Of a stretch of 64,000 bases of DNA, positions 1 through 13,819 are shown piece after piece (the first letter of the stretch is position 1; every line of letters starts with the position of its first letter). The stretch is from positions 62,001 through 126,000 of the forward strand of contig RHPI01003389.1 of the NCBI GenBank assembly GCA_009103225.1. The letters are read 5' to 3'. The stretch comes from Chlorokybus atmophyticus (Eukaryota; Plantae; Mesostigma and Chlorokybus algae). Made by a program: the position numbers and the translations under genes. The notes under the pieces are model-generated. The model saw nothing but the letters and a program-made list of their open reading frames with translations. It made no database searches and was not told where the DNA came from.

Positions 1-1264
1 TAACCCTAAATCCCAACATGGTGTTACCCTCTCGCTTGTTGTGCTTGTGCACAGTGGCTGCCAGATGGCGCCAATCGACGCAGCTGACAGTCAGCGCACG
101 GCTGATACGCCTGTTAGACGAATAGGAAGTTCCGTTTCCGGGTCTTGTCTCAACTAACGGACAGATCCTAACCGGGCTTTGTCATCTGAGTAAGGAAGAT
201 CAACGTGATACCGATACAGCCGTTGATATCCAGCGTATCTGCCGCGTAAACCTGCTCAATGTCAGCGCGGAAGAATGCCTCTCACGCGCTTACGCCGACA
301 GAGTTGCGCAACTCGCGGCCAAACGACGCGTCTGGCAAGCGTACCGCACTTGGGGAAAACCCCGCGAAAGGATAACGCGTTGCGCGTCGCAACTTCAAAC
401 TTGAAATCTCCGAATCCACCAAACTTTATGGCCCGTTTCTAGGTTGCGTCGATGACCTGTCGGGTCCAGACTGGACTGGTAGGTAGAGGCTCATCTTATG
501 CAAATTATTATATTATGTAATTCATACTAGAGGCTCACAAGGCTGTACGATGAGCACAGGCGATAAGCCCCTACCTTAGGGGGGGTCATCCAGGTAGGGG
601 CCCTGCCTATTGGACACCTGTTAGCCCGGTCTATGTTTTCGAGCATCGCATTCAACCGGATTCTCTAGGTCGGACAAAGCCTAGGTCTGAAAAGGGTTTC
701 CACCATTCACTTTGCCAAGTTCCTCGCCTTTTTCTTGACGCACTTTCCTCCACTTGCCAAGTGTCCTCGTGCTACGAATTATGTCGGATAGGCCCAGCAA
801 TGATGTTATGCTAATGATGTGTGACAGTTCAGACAGGCCTGAGGGGGTCCCGTCACATGCGTGGCGCTTTGCCGCCCCTGACGCCGTGACGTGGATAGGT
901 GCGCCTGTTGGATGTGCTGAAGGCGGCGGCGGCAGCGGCGGCAGTGGGGGTGGAGGAGAGGTTGTCGTCATTGTCGGCGGTGGCTGGGGAGTGTGGGTGG
1001 GGGCTTGAGGGGCACGTAGGGAGTGTGATTTGCGGAGCAGGGTGTCTGCTTGCCTGCGGGGCTTGGTTAGGGTTCGGGGGGTGGGGCTAGGGTTTGGGGA
1101 GCTGGGGGCGGCGGTATGGGCGGGGTTGCCAGTGAGCGCAGGCTGAGGAAACGTCTGTTGATTGTGCATAAGCGTTGACCTTGACGTGAAAGTCGAGTAG
1201 CATTGCGTTGACAGCCGGAAGCCAGCATCCAGGTCGTGTGTATTGCGCCGATCATTCCAGCCAC

Positions 1265-3497
1265 ATGCCTACCCTGGTGCAGCTCCAGGACCAGGTGGCG
1301 ATGGCCTCCTCGTGGCTAAAGGGCGTGCTGAGGCGGCCGAACAAGGAGGATCCGCCGGCTCGCATCCTTACCCCGGAGTAAGCATTGCATGCTATTCAGT
1401 ACGATAGGACATTCATGCTTGTCCAGTAGCCACCACTAACCATCTATGGAGCATGACTAGTCACTGTTGTTTGCTGTAACAATGCTAATGGCTTGGACTT
1501 TGATCGTTCAGACGCATTGGCTGGTTAGGCTGACACATTGTTTACGATTGGAAAGCATGATGGGCAGTTGTCGTGGGATTGTGTCGAATCTGCGTGAGTA
1601 TGGTTGATGAGAAGTGAGGCTTAGTCGCGCATGGACGTATTCTTGCAGGACTACTCTAGGCTGCCTTGGCAGTTGTCTTTGCTGTACCCTGCCTGTGTCT
1701 GCAGCTAATGGAAGGCATGTGTGCACACAGGGAGGCCGCAGTGCAGTTGGAGGAAGCGCTGAGGTGTCGTTTTGGGAAGCAGTTGTCAGGGCGAGCAGGC
1801 AACATGAATGCAGTGCTTAGCGACGGGTATGGTGTTTGCACAGACTCAACAATATCAGATGGTTGGTTAACATCACCCAAGTCATTCAGCACCAAACTGA
1901 TCATGTCTGCACAGCAACATGGCACTGTTGCGATACTACTGGCTGCTGCTCATCACTGCTGTAACATCCACATAGCCTGTGCAGGTTTGAGCATCGCTGA
2001 TAGCTCTTTGCATGCAGGTTTGTGTTGCATGTGTTGTGGGATGTGGCTGAAGATCGATTCCGCCTGCTTGTGCCCATTTGCGAACTGCCACGCCGCGTGC
2101 CTGCTGAGTTTTTGCGTCGCTTGCTTGAGTCAAACTGGCAAGAGGCAGAGGTGAGGCTCACAGCGTCAGTGCAAAAGGCTCGCTGTGCAAGTGTTTTTGT
2201 CCAATTGCATCTGTTGCTTACTCCATTTGATACTCGTGGGTTGCAGTATGCGCGCTATGGGTTGTCGGAATGGGTGCTGTTGTCCACATTCGAGCATCAG
2301 TTAAGCACGCTGCAAGACCAGTTTATGCTCGATGCTGTGGATCAGGTTGAGACACTAGCATGCAACACAGGTAACCACATGCGTTGCGTGTGCTCGTTTC
2401 ATGGTACTCCTTTCTAGTGAGTCATGCCAAACAGTGTTGCCTGGGTCGCTTATGTTTTATGCCATGCAACAGGTGTTTCATTTGCTGCTTCACGTTGGGA
2501 CACCGTCAACGGCCAGTTGATAAAGTCTTGCGCGCGCTTGTCGCCATCGGGAAGGCGTGGACGGTTGTCTGCAAATCAGATTATCGGGTCGGTGCCGCTG
2601 CAGCTCGACGAGTTTCAACAGGCTGAGGAGGAGAGGAACAAAGACATCACCAACGCGTTCTGCTGCCCGATCAGCTTGCAGCTGATGAAGCACCCCGTTA
2701 TCACGCCAGGTGGCTACACATATGATCGGTCGAGCATTGAGTCGCATCTCAAGACTCAAGCGACGGACCCGTTCACGCGCATGCCGCTTTCGCGGTGGGA
2801 GCTCAGGCCCAATGTCGCAATGAAGAAGGCGATACAGGCGCACAAAGCGCGCATGGCGGCAAATGCGGCGGCCGCCAAACTTGCACATGAGCAGAAGCAG
2901 CAGCTGGAAAAGCTGCAGCAGCAACAGCGGCTGTTGAACAAACGCATGGCGGTGAGCTCGCCCTCCACGCAACACGGCGGGTGCGTCACGCTGCGTTCTT
3001 GCGCCACGCCCGTGCACCTCCAAACGCAGCGCCAACAACAGCAAGCGGCAGTAGTCGTTATGCGATCGCAGCCACAGCAGCAGCCACAGCAGCAGCCACA
3101 ACCACAACCACAACCACAACCAGCACAAACAGGACAAAAGCAAGAAGAGCACGTGCCGCTCATGCGCTCGCACAGGAGATCGCGCTCCAACGAGGTCGCT
3201 TGGCAACATGCCGATGCCTCGACGCTGTATCACAGACCTGTCAGTGCATCCCCACGCCAAGCCACAACACCGAAGACACCAGAAGTACCCTGTACCCCAT
3301 GGCACCCTCGCTCCACGCCAACATCCCCGATGATATCCCACCCTTCACCATCCTCCCACGCACCCCGCCGGCCGTTTAACAACATGATTGCGGTGGAGTG
3401 CGCCAGCCCGCAATACGTCCCGCACACACCCAAGTCTGTGCACCTGCCCGTGCTCACCATCAGCAGGACATCGTCACTGGTTATAGTGGAAGAATAA
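1265..3497 (+). CDS. Multi-exon U-box E3 ligase with an N-terminal YbjN/CesT (T3SS chaperone)-like domain
   Basis: The last exon encodes a clear U-box (FCCPISLQLMKHPVITPGGYTYDRSSIESHLKTQATDPFTRMPL..LRPNVAMKKAI). Upstream AG/GT-bounded exons give LHVLWDVAEDRFRLLVPICEL..LRRLLESNWQEAE and YARYGLSEWVLLSTFEHQLSTLQDQFMLDAVDQVETLA. The ATG at 1265 (MPTLVQLQDQ) and the exon 2-3 joins are uncertain. Confidence 0.75.
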
Positions 3498-4248
3498 TGA
3501 AGTATGATACGTGTTTACGTGTTGTGATATATGTCTATACCGTCATCGCGTGTACAGCTACACTGCCGCCCCGCTTCCACGCTTCTGGGTTTTGGTAATT
3601 TGTGTAAGGATATATGTCATAGTACAGTATAGTATAGTAGCCGCCAGCAGGCGTCGCTGCTGTGCGTTGGTCATGTGGCCAGTTCGTTAATAATTTCCAG
3701 CAGCCCTCGAGGCTGGTGTATCTTAAGCTTGAGCTTGCGCCAGTTTCAGTGCTGGTTGGTGTTTTGATTCTTGTGCTGCGCCGTTCATGCAGAGCACGTT
3801 GTGCTTAGTTGAGGTGAAATTGGTTGCATGCAAAAATGTTCAAAACAGTGCCACGTGCTGCAGTCAACAGCCATCAAGGCATACATCTGTGTGCATGTGG
3901 CCTATCGGGTTTAAGCAAACAAAACTACACAACGACAACTGTACATAGTTTCCCCTCTTGACACACCTCTCACTGTGGACTCATTGCAGACCACATCTGT
4001 ACGAGTCGTAGACAACTTGCACACAGTGGTGGTATGAGACCATGCTGCTTAAGCAGAGACAGTGCATAGGGTGAATGACAATGCATACTTTACACCCCTT
4101 CCAACGTGTTCAGTCTTCTTTAGGATTGGACAAGAGCGGCCACGTCCCTCCTCCTGCAGAAGAGTTCAACGCTTGCCTTGCAGTTGGCGACAGCAGCGAT
4201 CTGCCACAGTTGAGCAAAGAAGATGGCACATCAGTTAATGGCAAGGTT

Positions 4249-6992
4249 TTATTGACATAGCAGCACTCGGCATTTTAGGTTGGCAATGTAATTGCGGAAT
4301 GTTGTGTTTGATGGCGCGCACCGAGGTGGGCTGCGTGGCGGGACACTGGTGCTCTGCTGCGGCCGCTGCTGCTGTTGTTGGTGGTGGTCGTCTTTTTGAG
4401 GGAGCTCGCTAGTGTTGCTGCAGTTGCTGTTGCTGTTGCTGTTGGTGTTGTTGTTGTTGGTGGTGGTGGTGTTGTTGCTGTTGCTGGTGTGGGGTGTTGT
4501 TGCTGTTGCAGGTGTGGATGCCGAGATCGCAGAGGAGAAGCCCGCACGGGACCGAACCGCAGCCAGCGCGCGGCCCAAGTCCACCTCTGGAGCAGACTGA
4601 CACAGCTCATCAAATCAGATACGACCACAATCCCTTTCACAAGCTGACACTTGTGCACAATTCTGGTTATTGGTTTGCAGGTGAAGATGCCAACCAGTTT
4701 ACCTTGCCGAAGGATGCCTTAACTTCGTGGAGGCGACTGAACTGCTCATACGACTCCTCACTGCACACGCGTCACACATGTATATGTTCGGCATGCGTCC
4801 AGCAGAAAGCAACACATAACCCAACACTACGTGCAACAGCTACTCTGCCTGCATGCCTCACCTCAGCAAGTGCTGCACGGACTTGGGCTGCACGAGCGTC
4901 CCGCACCTGATTGGACACTTGAGCGGCATCGGCACCTGGTGTGCAGCCACACACACATATGTGTACAGTGGACCTCCCAGCCCGACAATGACCTTGCACC
5001 GCATCACAAGTTACAGAGATACACTGCAACTGTTCGATTGGGCGTTCTTGCCTGTCCAGCCAGCGCCCTGTCGAGGATGGCACTCGCGCATGGGTTGCAG
5101 AACCGATGCCCACACTGCGTGCAAGAAATCTTGGCTTATTGCGTGCATGCGACTGTCTGTGCATAAGTGTCACCGTGTATGTGTGCATGTGCGCAACTGT
5201 GGAGTGCAGCATTTTGATCCTCGTGCGATGAGAGACTTCCTTCAGACCACGTACCTGAGGCACGGCGAGGCCCTCGGCTGCCCTGTGCGCCATGAAGCAC
5301 AACCTGCAGTAGAACTCCCCTCCCCTCTCCCCCCCCTGCCAGCTCTCATCCAACTGCCACACATCCACTCAACACCCCCACCAACTCAGCACCCCCACCA
5401 CCTCACACACTCAGACATCAAGCCCAACACACACACCAACTCTCTCCTCACCCTGTCAACGGCTGCGTGCATGGCGCCAAAGAGCTCGGGGTCCCTGGCG
5501 GCCTGAGGCCCCGCAGCCAGGACACGGCCGAGAAGCCAAGCGGGGTAGGGGCGGGATGAAGACACGTGCGTGGACTCGAGCGACCTGTTTTGTGAGCGTA
5601 TGTGGGCGTGGGTGCGTGCGCATATGCTCGAGTGTGTGTGCGTGTTTGCGTGCGAGTGTGCACATGCGTGTGTTCTCTAAAACCTCCAACCAAGTTGGAC
5701 CAAACGTTGTGTGTAAGAGCACTACTACATATACCTGTGAAGGACGTCCAGGCACAGGGACTTGTAATCCACTTCCGGCACTGCATTGCCAACAATGGTG
5801 GTGCTGACACCACTGTTGTTGTTGTTGTTGCTGTTGCTGGCATTGTTGAGGGTGTTGAGAATGTTGTTGCTGCTGGTGTTGTTGGTGTTGTTGACCATGA
5901 TGGCACTGTTGCCATTGCTGTAGTGGCCTAGATTGAAGGAGCGCTGCGTGCGCGGACTGGCGCCCCCACCCGCCCTCGCAACCACCTCATCCCCCTGACC
6001 AGACCAACAGTTGGCACTGTGTGTGCTTGTGTGCATGTGTGCATCACACTGCGTGCTTACCAGTTTGCGTCGGCGGCAGTCTTCTTCAAGGCGCATAAGG
6101 CCCGCTGCCCTACGCGCTTCCACCAGTCGCCGGCACTGTGCACTCAAAAATGCCACCTGAACCAGAACCAACCAACCAGTCAGTGAAATCATTGATGCAA
6201 CCACTCAACACTCAGTGAAGGGCTTGGTAGTTAGCTGCTTCTTGCTCAAGTCCATCAGCCAAGTACACAAGTAGCAGCCATATTGTGCAACTAATGCACT
6301 GATTCACTGAGACTCAGATGCTCAAGGTAAAGAAGCAGCGTCAATATGACCATCATTACTGTTGTTGTTGTTGTTGCCATCGTCGTTATATCAGTACCAT
6401 CATCATCATCATGGTGATGTTGTTAGGGTCACACCTGTTGGCGTGCGGGAGAGAGCCGGTATGTTTCGGAGTAGGCTGCAAAGGCGACAGCCGCGACGAG
6501 CACGACGTGCAGTGCCGCATGCACGTGGTGCCGCATTCCCCCCGTCGGATGGTGCTGTGCATGTTGTTGTTGTGTTGTGAGGGGATCTGTGTCTAGCATT
6601 GATGATGTGGAGTAGTAGATGGCGAGGAGCGCCGCGACCAGCGCTGCGGAGGCCAGCAGCAAACACAAGTACGACGCGCCCGCCGCACGCTGCAATGCGA
6701 GCGAGTTACACCCACCCACTTGGCGCATGCACGGATGCAAGCGTGTGCGGAGAAAGTGTGTGCACGCATTTGTATGTGAGTGGTTGTGCATGAACCTGTG
6801 CATAAATTTGAGTGCTGTGTAAGACCCTAGACTCTCCCTCCTTGCCTGCTGTGGTGCACATCTTGGGCTGCGTGGGGATAGCCCAAGGGCCGCATACGAG
6901 GACGAGGAGGAGGGCGCACCTGCAGGCACCAACGCCGCTAGGGAGAAAGGGAACAACGAGGAGGAGCTAGTGGTGGGCTTGCTGGACGGCAT
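4249..6992 (-). CDS. RING-finger protein (RBR RING1-like C3HC4) with a hydrophobic N-terminal segment and a low-complexity N/Q tail
   Basis: Spliced exons give EFYCRLCFMAHRAAEGLAVPQ|CGHRFCNPCASAILDRALAGQ|VPMPLKCPIRCGTLVQPKSVQHLL|SEESYEQFSRL. A hydrophobic stretch LCLLLASAALVAALLAIYY lies near 6600-6690. The 5' exons are approximate. Confidence 0.65.
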
Positions 6993-7148
6993 GTGGCAGT
7001 GCGATATGGCTATCTGTATGTATGTGTATACGTAGTTGTTCTTTGGTCCTTGTTGGGCAAACTACTACTGTTTGTCTTGTTTCGACGAAAGAATTACTGG
7101 CAGGCCAAAATACTCCATCAACACCAGTAACCTATCTATCAATGCACC

Positions 7149-7357
<209 letters not shown>

Positions 7358-7661
7358 CCAGCCTGCCGCCGCCGCCGCCGCCGCCGCCGCCGCTCAGTTC
7401 GCCTCAGGGGTTATGATCAGCACGTGAGCGTCTGTCGCAGGGGGTTTGGGAATCGGGATCGGAGCAGCGGCAACGGATCCCGATCAAGGAGCGGCTGTCC
7501 GTCGTCATCTACAAGTACATGTTGTGAAACATGTCAGCTGCCCTGGTCAGAGACAGCGTCACAACTGAACACAACAACTTTAGGCTGTAACTTATAGGCC
7601 TCGTGTGATGCAACTTGTTCGGAGGCTGTAATACATGTGTCAATTAATTCACGGTACCTCT

Positions 7662-7700
7662 GGCACGGTCTTTGCTAATAGCATTAGCAAAGACCGTGCC
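7662..7700. repeat. Perfect inverted repeat, 18-bp arms, 3-nt loop
   Basis: GGCACGGTCTTTGCTAAT-agc-ATTAGCAAAGACCGTGCC. Confidence 0.95.
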
Positions 7701-8409
7701 CGGCTTTTTGGCAAGCAAGACTTATGTGTTTAATCATGCTGTAACTGAGCATTGTTTGAACACAGCGTGTTACATTCCTTAAGAGTATACTTGACTTTTA
7801 TGTTGCGTTGCAATAGCGAACATGTCACAATATATTTTGCAAACATCTTAAATATCGTGTGTATCAAGATCATCATGTACACTATCGTGAAATTCATAAA
7901 ACACATATTAATGAATTATATATCAAGTATCATCAAATCTTATGATGTACGCTACCATGTCCGTATGCAAGCACTTAACGGTTAATGTATGTTATCATTC
8001 GTGTCTTTGCAATGCAGATTGAATGCATGGACATGGCAATTTTTCAATTCAATGACAAAGTTCGTTGGTACATCAGAATGATTTAGCTTATGATAACGAG
8101 GTATGATGATGATTAAAGTTAGACAAGTGATTTAATTGTGACAGAAAAAAAACATACATTGCCACGTGCCATGTTAATTCAAGAAAACAACCGCTATAAA
8201 TCAAGGCGTATAAGGTATTTGTTTACGCTTACCGCATGCGTTATCAATGCGTATGTCATATATGATTACACAATTTTATAAAATCAAGCTGCAAATCACA
8301 CATGCAAGTTTATTGCATGCACAATGGTTGATGTTATGCTTATTAATTCCTAAGCAACATCGTAACCAATGTTGATACATGTATGAGGATCCATTTTTGC
8401 TTTTTTTTT

Positions 8410-8854
8410 GGGGGGGGGGGGGGGGGGGGGGGNNNNNNNNNNNNNNNNNNNNNNNNNNNNNNNNNNNNNNNNNNNNNNNNNNNNNNNNNNNNNNNNNNNN
8501 NNNNNNNNNNNNNNNNNNNNNNNNNNNNNNNNNNNNNNNNNNNNNNNNNNNNNNNNNNNNNNNNNNNNNNNNNNNNNNNNNNNNNNNNNNNNNNNNNNNN
8601 NNNNNNNNNNNNNNNNNNNNNNNNNNNNNNNNNNNNNNNNNNNNNNNNNNNNNNNNNNNNNNNNNNNNNNNNNNNNNNNNNNNNNNNNNNNNNNNNNNNN
8701 NNNNNNNNNNNNNNNNNNNNNNNNNNNNNNNNNNNNNNNNNNNNNNNNNNNNNNNNNNNNNNNNNNNNNNNNNNNNNNNNNNNNNNNNNNNNNNNNNNNN
8801 NNNNNNNNNNNNNNNNNNNNNNNNNNNNNNNNNNNNNNNNNNNNNNNNNNNNNN

Positions 8855-8915
<61 letters not shown>
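8410..8915. other. Assembly gap (N run, about 8433-8854) flanked by a poly-G run and (CT)n
   Basis: Directly visible. The ORFs spanning it are artefacts. Confidence 0.97.
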
Positions 8916-8917
<2 letters not shown>

Positions 8918-11900
8918 TCCTCGCTCCCCCCCTCTCCTCGCTCCCCCCCTCTGCTGCTGCTGTTTTCTGTTGCGCTCTCTTTCTCTGCAACGCTGACTTT
9001 CATTGTGAGTGTGGCTTATTACCAAAACAAATGGCCTCTGTTTTGCAAGGTGGTGCTCTAACAACCTGACTAGAGCAGTGTGACAATAGCTACCACCAAC
9101 CTTCTGATGTTCGCTCTTGTCCGTGTCTTATACTTTAAGATAAAGCTACTTTGTTGCAAGCGCGCCAGGAGCTACAGAATTGTTCACAACTCAAGTTCTA
9201 TAGACGGTGGGGAGGCCACTACGTTCAACATCTGGAGGCGTACACACCAGGATATATATACATATTCCAATTCCCTCTGGTGAAGCCACTATGCCTGCAG
9301 ACACCATTGATATGTAATATATATCGCAAGATTTTAAAAAGCTTATTGGAATTATTGTTTTATAGCCATTTTAGTATTCAAAGAAAGAAAGCCGCAATCA
9401 TGATTGCAGGCCATCAAGCACTTTGTTTTTAAGGAAGAGCCCAACGAACGAATTATTAGAAAAGAGTAATCTTGGTTGCGCAAAGGTAAAACACTGCGCA
9501 CATCAAAATGTGTCACACGTTTCTAAGTGCGCATGGTTTGGAACCATGTCAGACACAATAAAATCACTACAAATACAAGTGTTAATCAGGTTGGCCGATT
9601 TTGCATTGAACAGTTATGGCGGCAGGGGGACAATATGTTATTGCCCCCACGGTGGTTGGACCACTTAAAATCATTGTGTAAAAACTTTCAATTGTCAAAC
9701 ACAACTTCGTTATAAATATGCCAAGAGACCAGTTCAGGTGGCCTTTACTTCAATATCGTCACTGTGATTTTTGCACATACACGTCGTTAAACATTGCAGT
9801 TGTATTTCTGGTCATTGTTAAGTTCGATAGCATTGTCGAGTTGTACATGATTATCTGTTATTGAGCTTAGCAAGAATTGCACATTTATATATGTTGATGT
9901 GCGCAGTGTTTCGCCGTTGTCAATGCGGCGCAATTGGGGGGTCATGCTTTCTGAGCTTAAAAATGTGCACATTGTCCTTGCCGCCCTTGTCACCGCCCCG
10001 CTCAATCAGACTGCAGTTCTCGCGCCCGCACAGCTGAATTTCTGTGGATTAGGGCAAATAGTACTGTACTTTAAGAATTAAAAACTGTGGGGTTGCGGCG
10101 GCGGCGGGGTTGTTAGCGAGGTGGGCGAGACTGGCGGCGCGGGGGCCTTCAACATGACGCAGCGGCAGCGGGCGCCAGGGGCGTTAAAGAAACGATTGAA
10201 TAATACTTACTCTTTGCTACCAGGATACAATTTTATGTATTTCAGTCATGGCAAAATCGTCGTCTTGTGCCACGGCAGATCGCATAATTTCATCTCTACG
10301 GAACGGCCTGGATTGATGTGTATTGTCCTCTGTGTGGAGATAGCCGCAGCATCAAGGGCATGTTTCTTTTGCACATGTAGAGTTGCTTATTCAACCAGGA
10401 CATCACTATGCTTTTGCTTGGCAACTTTCACATTGTATGGCACACATGTTGGTCATATATGTATTTATAAATAAAAAATAAACCATTAATCCGTGCACGA
10501 TGTACACGTGTACATCATGATTAAGCGCACATCGAATTGTGTCATGACAGTAAAGCATGTCAAGCTTGATAATGTCACTACAAATGCGAAGCCAACAACT
10601 ATATAACCGTTGAATGTCACGCGCGCTAAGTTTAATATCGCTCATAGCGTTTTCGCGCTCACGATCATGCCATTGCATGACGATTATGCCAAATCCAATT
10701 GCGTAACAAGAAACGCTGCGCAGCGTTTACCGCTACGCAATTGCAATGGCATTGCAATGTACAGATTATGCAAAGCTTAACATAGCATAGTAAGCTTGAC
10801 ATAAATAGCGTGATCGAAACATTGTGCATAGTATTATACACATCGCATAGGCGCAGTGCACAGAGTGATCGTGCGATCACAGCACGCCACAAGAGGATCG
10901 CATTCTTCTACATCCTACGCTCGCAAAGTAGGTCCTTTATAAGTTAAGGACAGGCAGAGCAGCAAGCCGATTGATGCATTAAAATCGTGCAGGTGGTGTG
11001 GCATGTGCGTACATTATGGTGAGACGGCGGAAATTTTCACGTGGTGGAAAAAGGGGAAATTATGGCGCGCTTCTTGTGTATTGCTGACCATTGATGGCTT
11101 ACCGCATGGCATTAAGCACACCAAACAGATTGTCCATATAGACATGTGGATGGTCGAGTTTTAATCAGCGATTGCAAACAGATCAAGTGCAGCCAATCTA
11201 CCTCCACATGACCGCACTAGTTACGAGGCGAAACACACGCGGCTACCCACGCCGCATCTGACACTTCATTGATAATCGAATCGTGTCACTGTTGACCATG
11301 GGCTTGAAGTTGGTTGCTCAATTGCTGCGGGTACTCAAAAAGAAATGGCATCAATGCTGGCGCTGACGCTGGAGTTTGAAGGGCGAACAACCTCCATTGC
11401 CGAATGCAACGGTTCCTATGTGTTGCGCTTGGTGGTTAAGATTGCCAATTGCGTGATGTGTGTACACAAAAAGGGATTGTAATCAATTTTATTCACACAT
11501 GTATGGTTTGCAACCATAGATAAGATGACGACACCGATGGTGGACCCTATATGGTTTTGTGTCGTACACACCATACTGTAGGCGTATGGCCGCGAGTGTG
11601 GTCCTAAGCCATAAACCGGTGGTCACAACGATTTATGACCACCACTGATTCATGCTTTTGCATGTGGTACGGTGCGCCAAATTGAACTTAAGCCGACGTC
11701 ATCAAACGGTCTTTTGAATATAATGCAAGTACTAGAATGTTTTAAAATAACATACAGACTGAGCTTTAACATCGCTCACACTGCGCATGTTATTCGTAAG
11801 ATCCGGTTATGCAATAATGAAATACTACACATTTTTAAATGTGTAAACAATGCAAAGCTTAGTTACGTCAACACAAGTATAAGAAATCTCACCGATCACC

Positions 11901-12968
11901 TATCCTAATAATAATAGTCAAGCCAATCAAAATGGATATTGAGCAAGCTTGCAATTGAGTGTGCAGCTAAATGTCCACTTATAAATGGGGTTAAGCGTTA
12001 ACACTTGAATGGCATATGCAAAAAGCATAAAAAGTGCACCATGTGAAATTGCAACATTGATGCTTTAATGGATATCCACAAAGTTGATGTGTTGTGACAT
12101 CGGCGCCTTAACTACGAGGTGTGACAGCGACAGCGGCTGTTGCTGTCGCTGTCCATAGCCAAAGTCGCTATTATAATAGAAGCCACATGCTACAAATACA
12201 TGTCCCATGTACATGTGATATGACACGTGCTAAATTTGAAGAGAGTTCATCAAGGGACAGTTGCTTAACCCGCTAATGAAAGAGTCGAGCATCAAGCAAC
12301 ACAGCGACAAGGCAAGGAGCATTTGTTGCATGGTATATCATGGTGAAGGTTTGTGTGACTTTTGAGGTTAGCAAAATCATGAGTGTTTATGATTATTATT
12401 GCAATTGCAAGCTGTTGTGCGCTTTCGTTATGTTAAGCTATCCTTGTAGGTGGCTTTTACGAAGCTCGGCAATTTCACTCCTAATCATATTGAAGAAAGA
12501 TGCCCATCAAGTTGTGTATCATATGATAATCATTGCAACCCGTAAAATTTGCTAATTTGTAAATTCAATCGTGTACTAGTTGTGCGGATAGATGTGCGCG
12601 GGTATTGTTATGAGTGTGTTATATTCGTTTATTTGTTGATGTGCATTCCGCATGGATTGTGACGGAGCGCATCTGTTACACCTGGTATACTTTGCATATG
12701 TGCTTACACATGCACACGCACACGCACGCGCACGCGCGCATGATGCCCATGCATATGCCAACACACAGGATTGAAGGCAGTGCATGATTATTGCCTTCAT
12801 TGGATTTGCCTTGCTGCTTGTTGACATTATTGCTTGCGGCCACTGTGCTATACCCTAGGCAATAAGTTTCATACATATTAATGTATGTGCATGTAGCAAA
12901 TAATATAGGCAAAATATTTAGCTGAACAACTGGCACCATAAGCGCATGCTGAGGGTCTTATGCGTATG

Positions 12969-12971
<3 letters not shown>

Positions 12972-13013
<42 letters not shown>
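12972..13013. repeat. (AT)n microsatellite
   Basis: Directly visible. Confidence 0.95.
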
Positions 13014-13017
<4 letters not shown>

Positions 13018-13819
13018 TCATTTGCGAGCAAGGAAACAACTCGCCAGCAGCAACACCGCCATCTCTATATTTGCAATGCCAAGGCGATAGCTGCATGACT
13101 TGTGCAATCGCTGCTCGCGTCTTTGCCACTACATATGGCCCGTAAGCAGCATATACGATACAAGACAATGTCATATGCAGTGGTCATGCTCACTCGGTGG
13201 TTGTTGTCATTGAGGCTCAAGGACAATAGACGACAACAGCACAAACAACGCTCATGCGCAAGCACTTGCACTTGTACACTCGCACTCGCACGAGCACGCA
13301 CGCACGCAAGCTCGCATACTCATACGCGCACGCACAGGCTGGAAGACTGTTGCACGCACACACACAGGTTGGAACACCCCCTCCCAAGGAGTTTATGTTT
13401 GTTTCCTGCAACATCCAATACATTGAAGGGTTCATTTTTGATCGCCAATGACAAACACAAGAGTCCTACTGACGACTTTGTAGGCACACACGTAGCAGCA
13501 TGTTCAGTGCTTAGCAGCAACAGCTCCTGAGCATATATACATCATGCGTATGTGCCACCATACATACTCAACTTCGAGCCCTCATGGAGAACTAGAGCAG
13601 CACTGCGATATGCAAGCAAACACCAACCTTACACATAGCGCGCAACCTATTCCAGCTCCACGATCAAAATGCAACCCACCACACCGTTTAAGGATATCAA
13701 CAGGCGACCAATGCAACACGCATTGTCATCATTTAACATCCGCGCATATACTGTCTACTCTGCTAACCCATACACCGGCAACGTTCAACCCGAAACAATT
13801 TGCTGCACCTACCCTCACC

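Noticed and set aside
1-10. TAACCCTAAA telomere-like motif at the window start
   Set aside because: Only about 1.5 mixed repeats, so not enough to call a telomere.
127-402. ATG-less open frame (EVPFPGLVSTNG...QLQT*) and the 681-1169 minus-strand ORF
   Set aside because: No recognisable domain or splice support. The latter is low-complexity Pro-rich sequence.
445-470. GCGTCGA..ACCTGTCGGGT similarity with 59268-59289
   Set aside because: Short and gapped, with flanks that do not align. Plausibly chance.
8276-9069. Long ORFs across 8.3-9.1 kb and 7.0-7.6 kb
   Set aside because: Artefacts of the N gap and (CT)n repeats.
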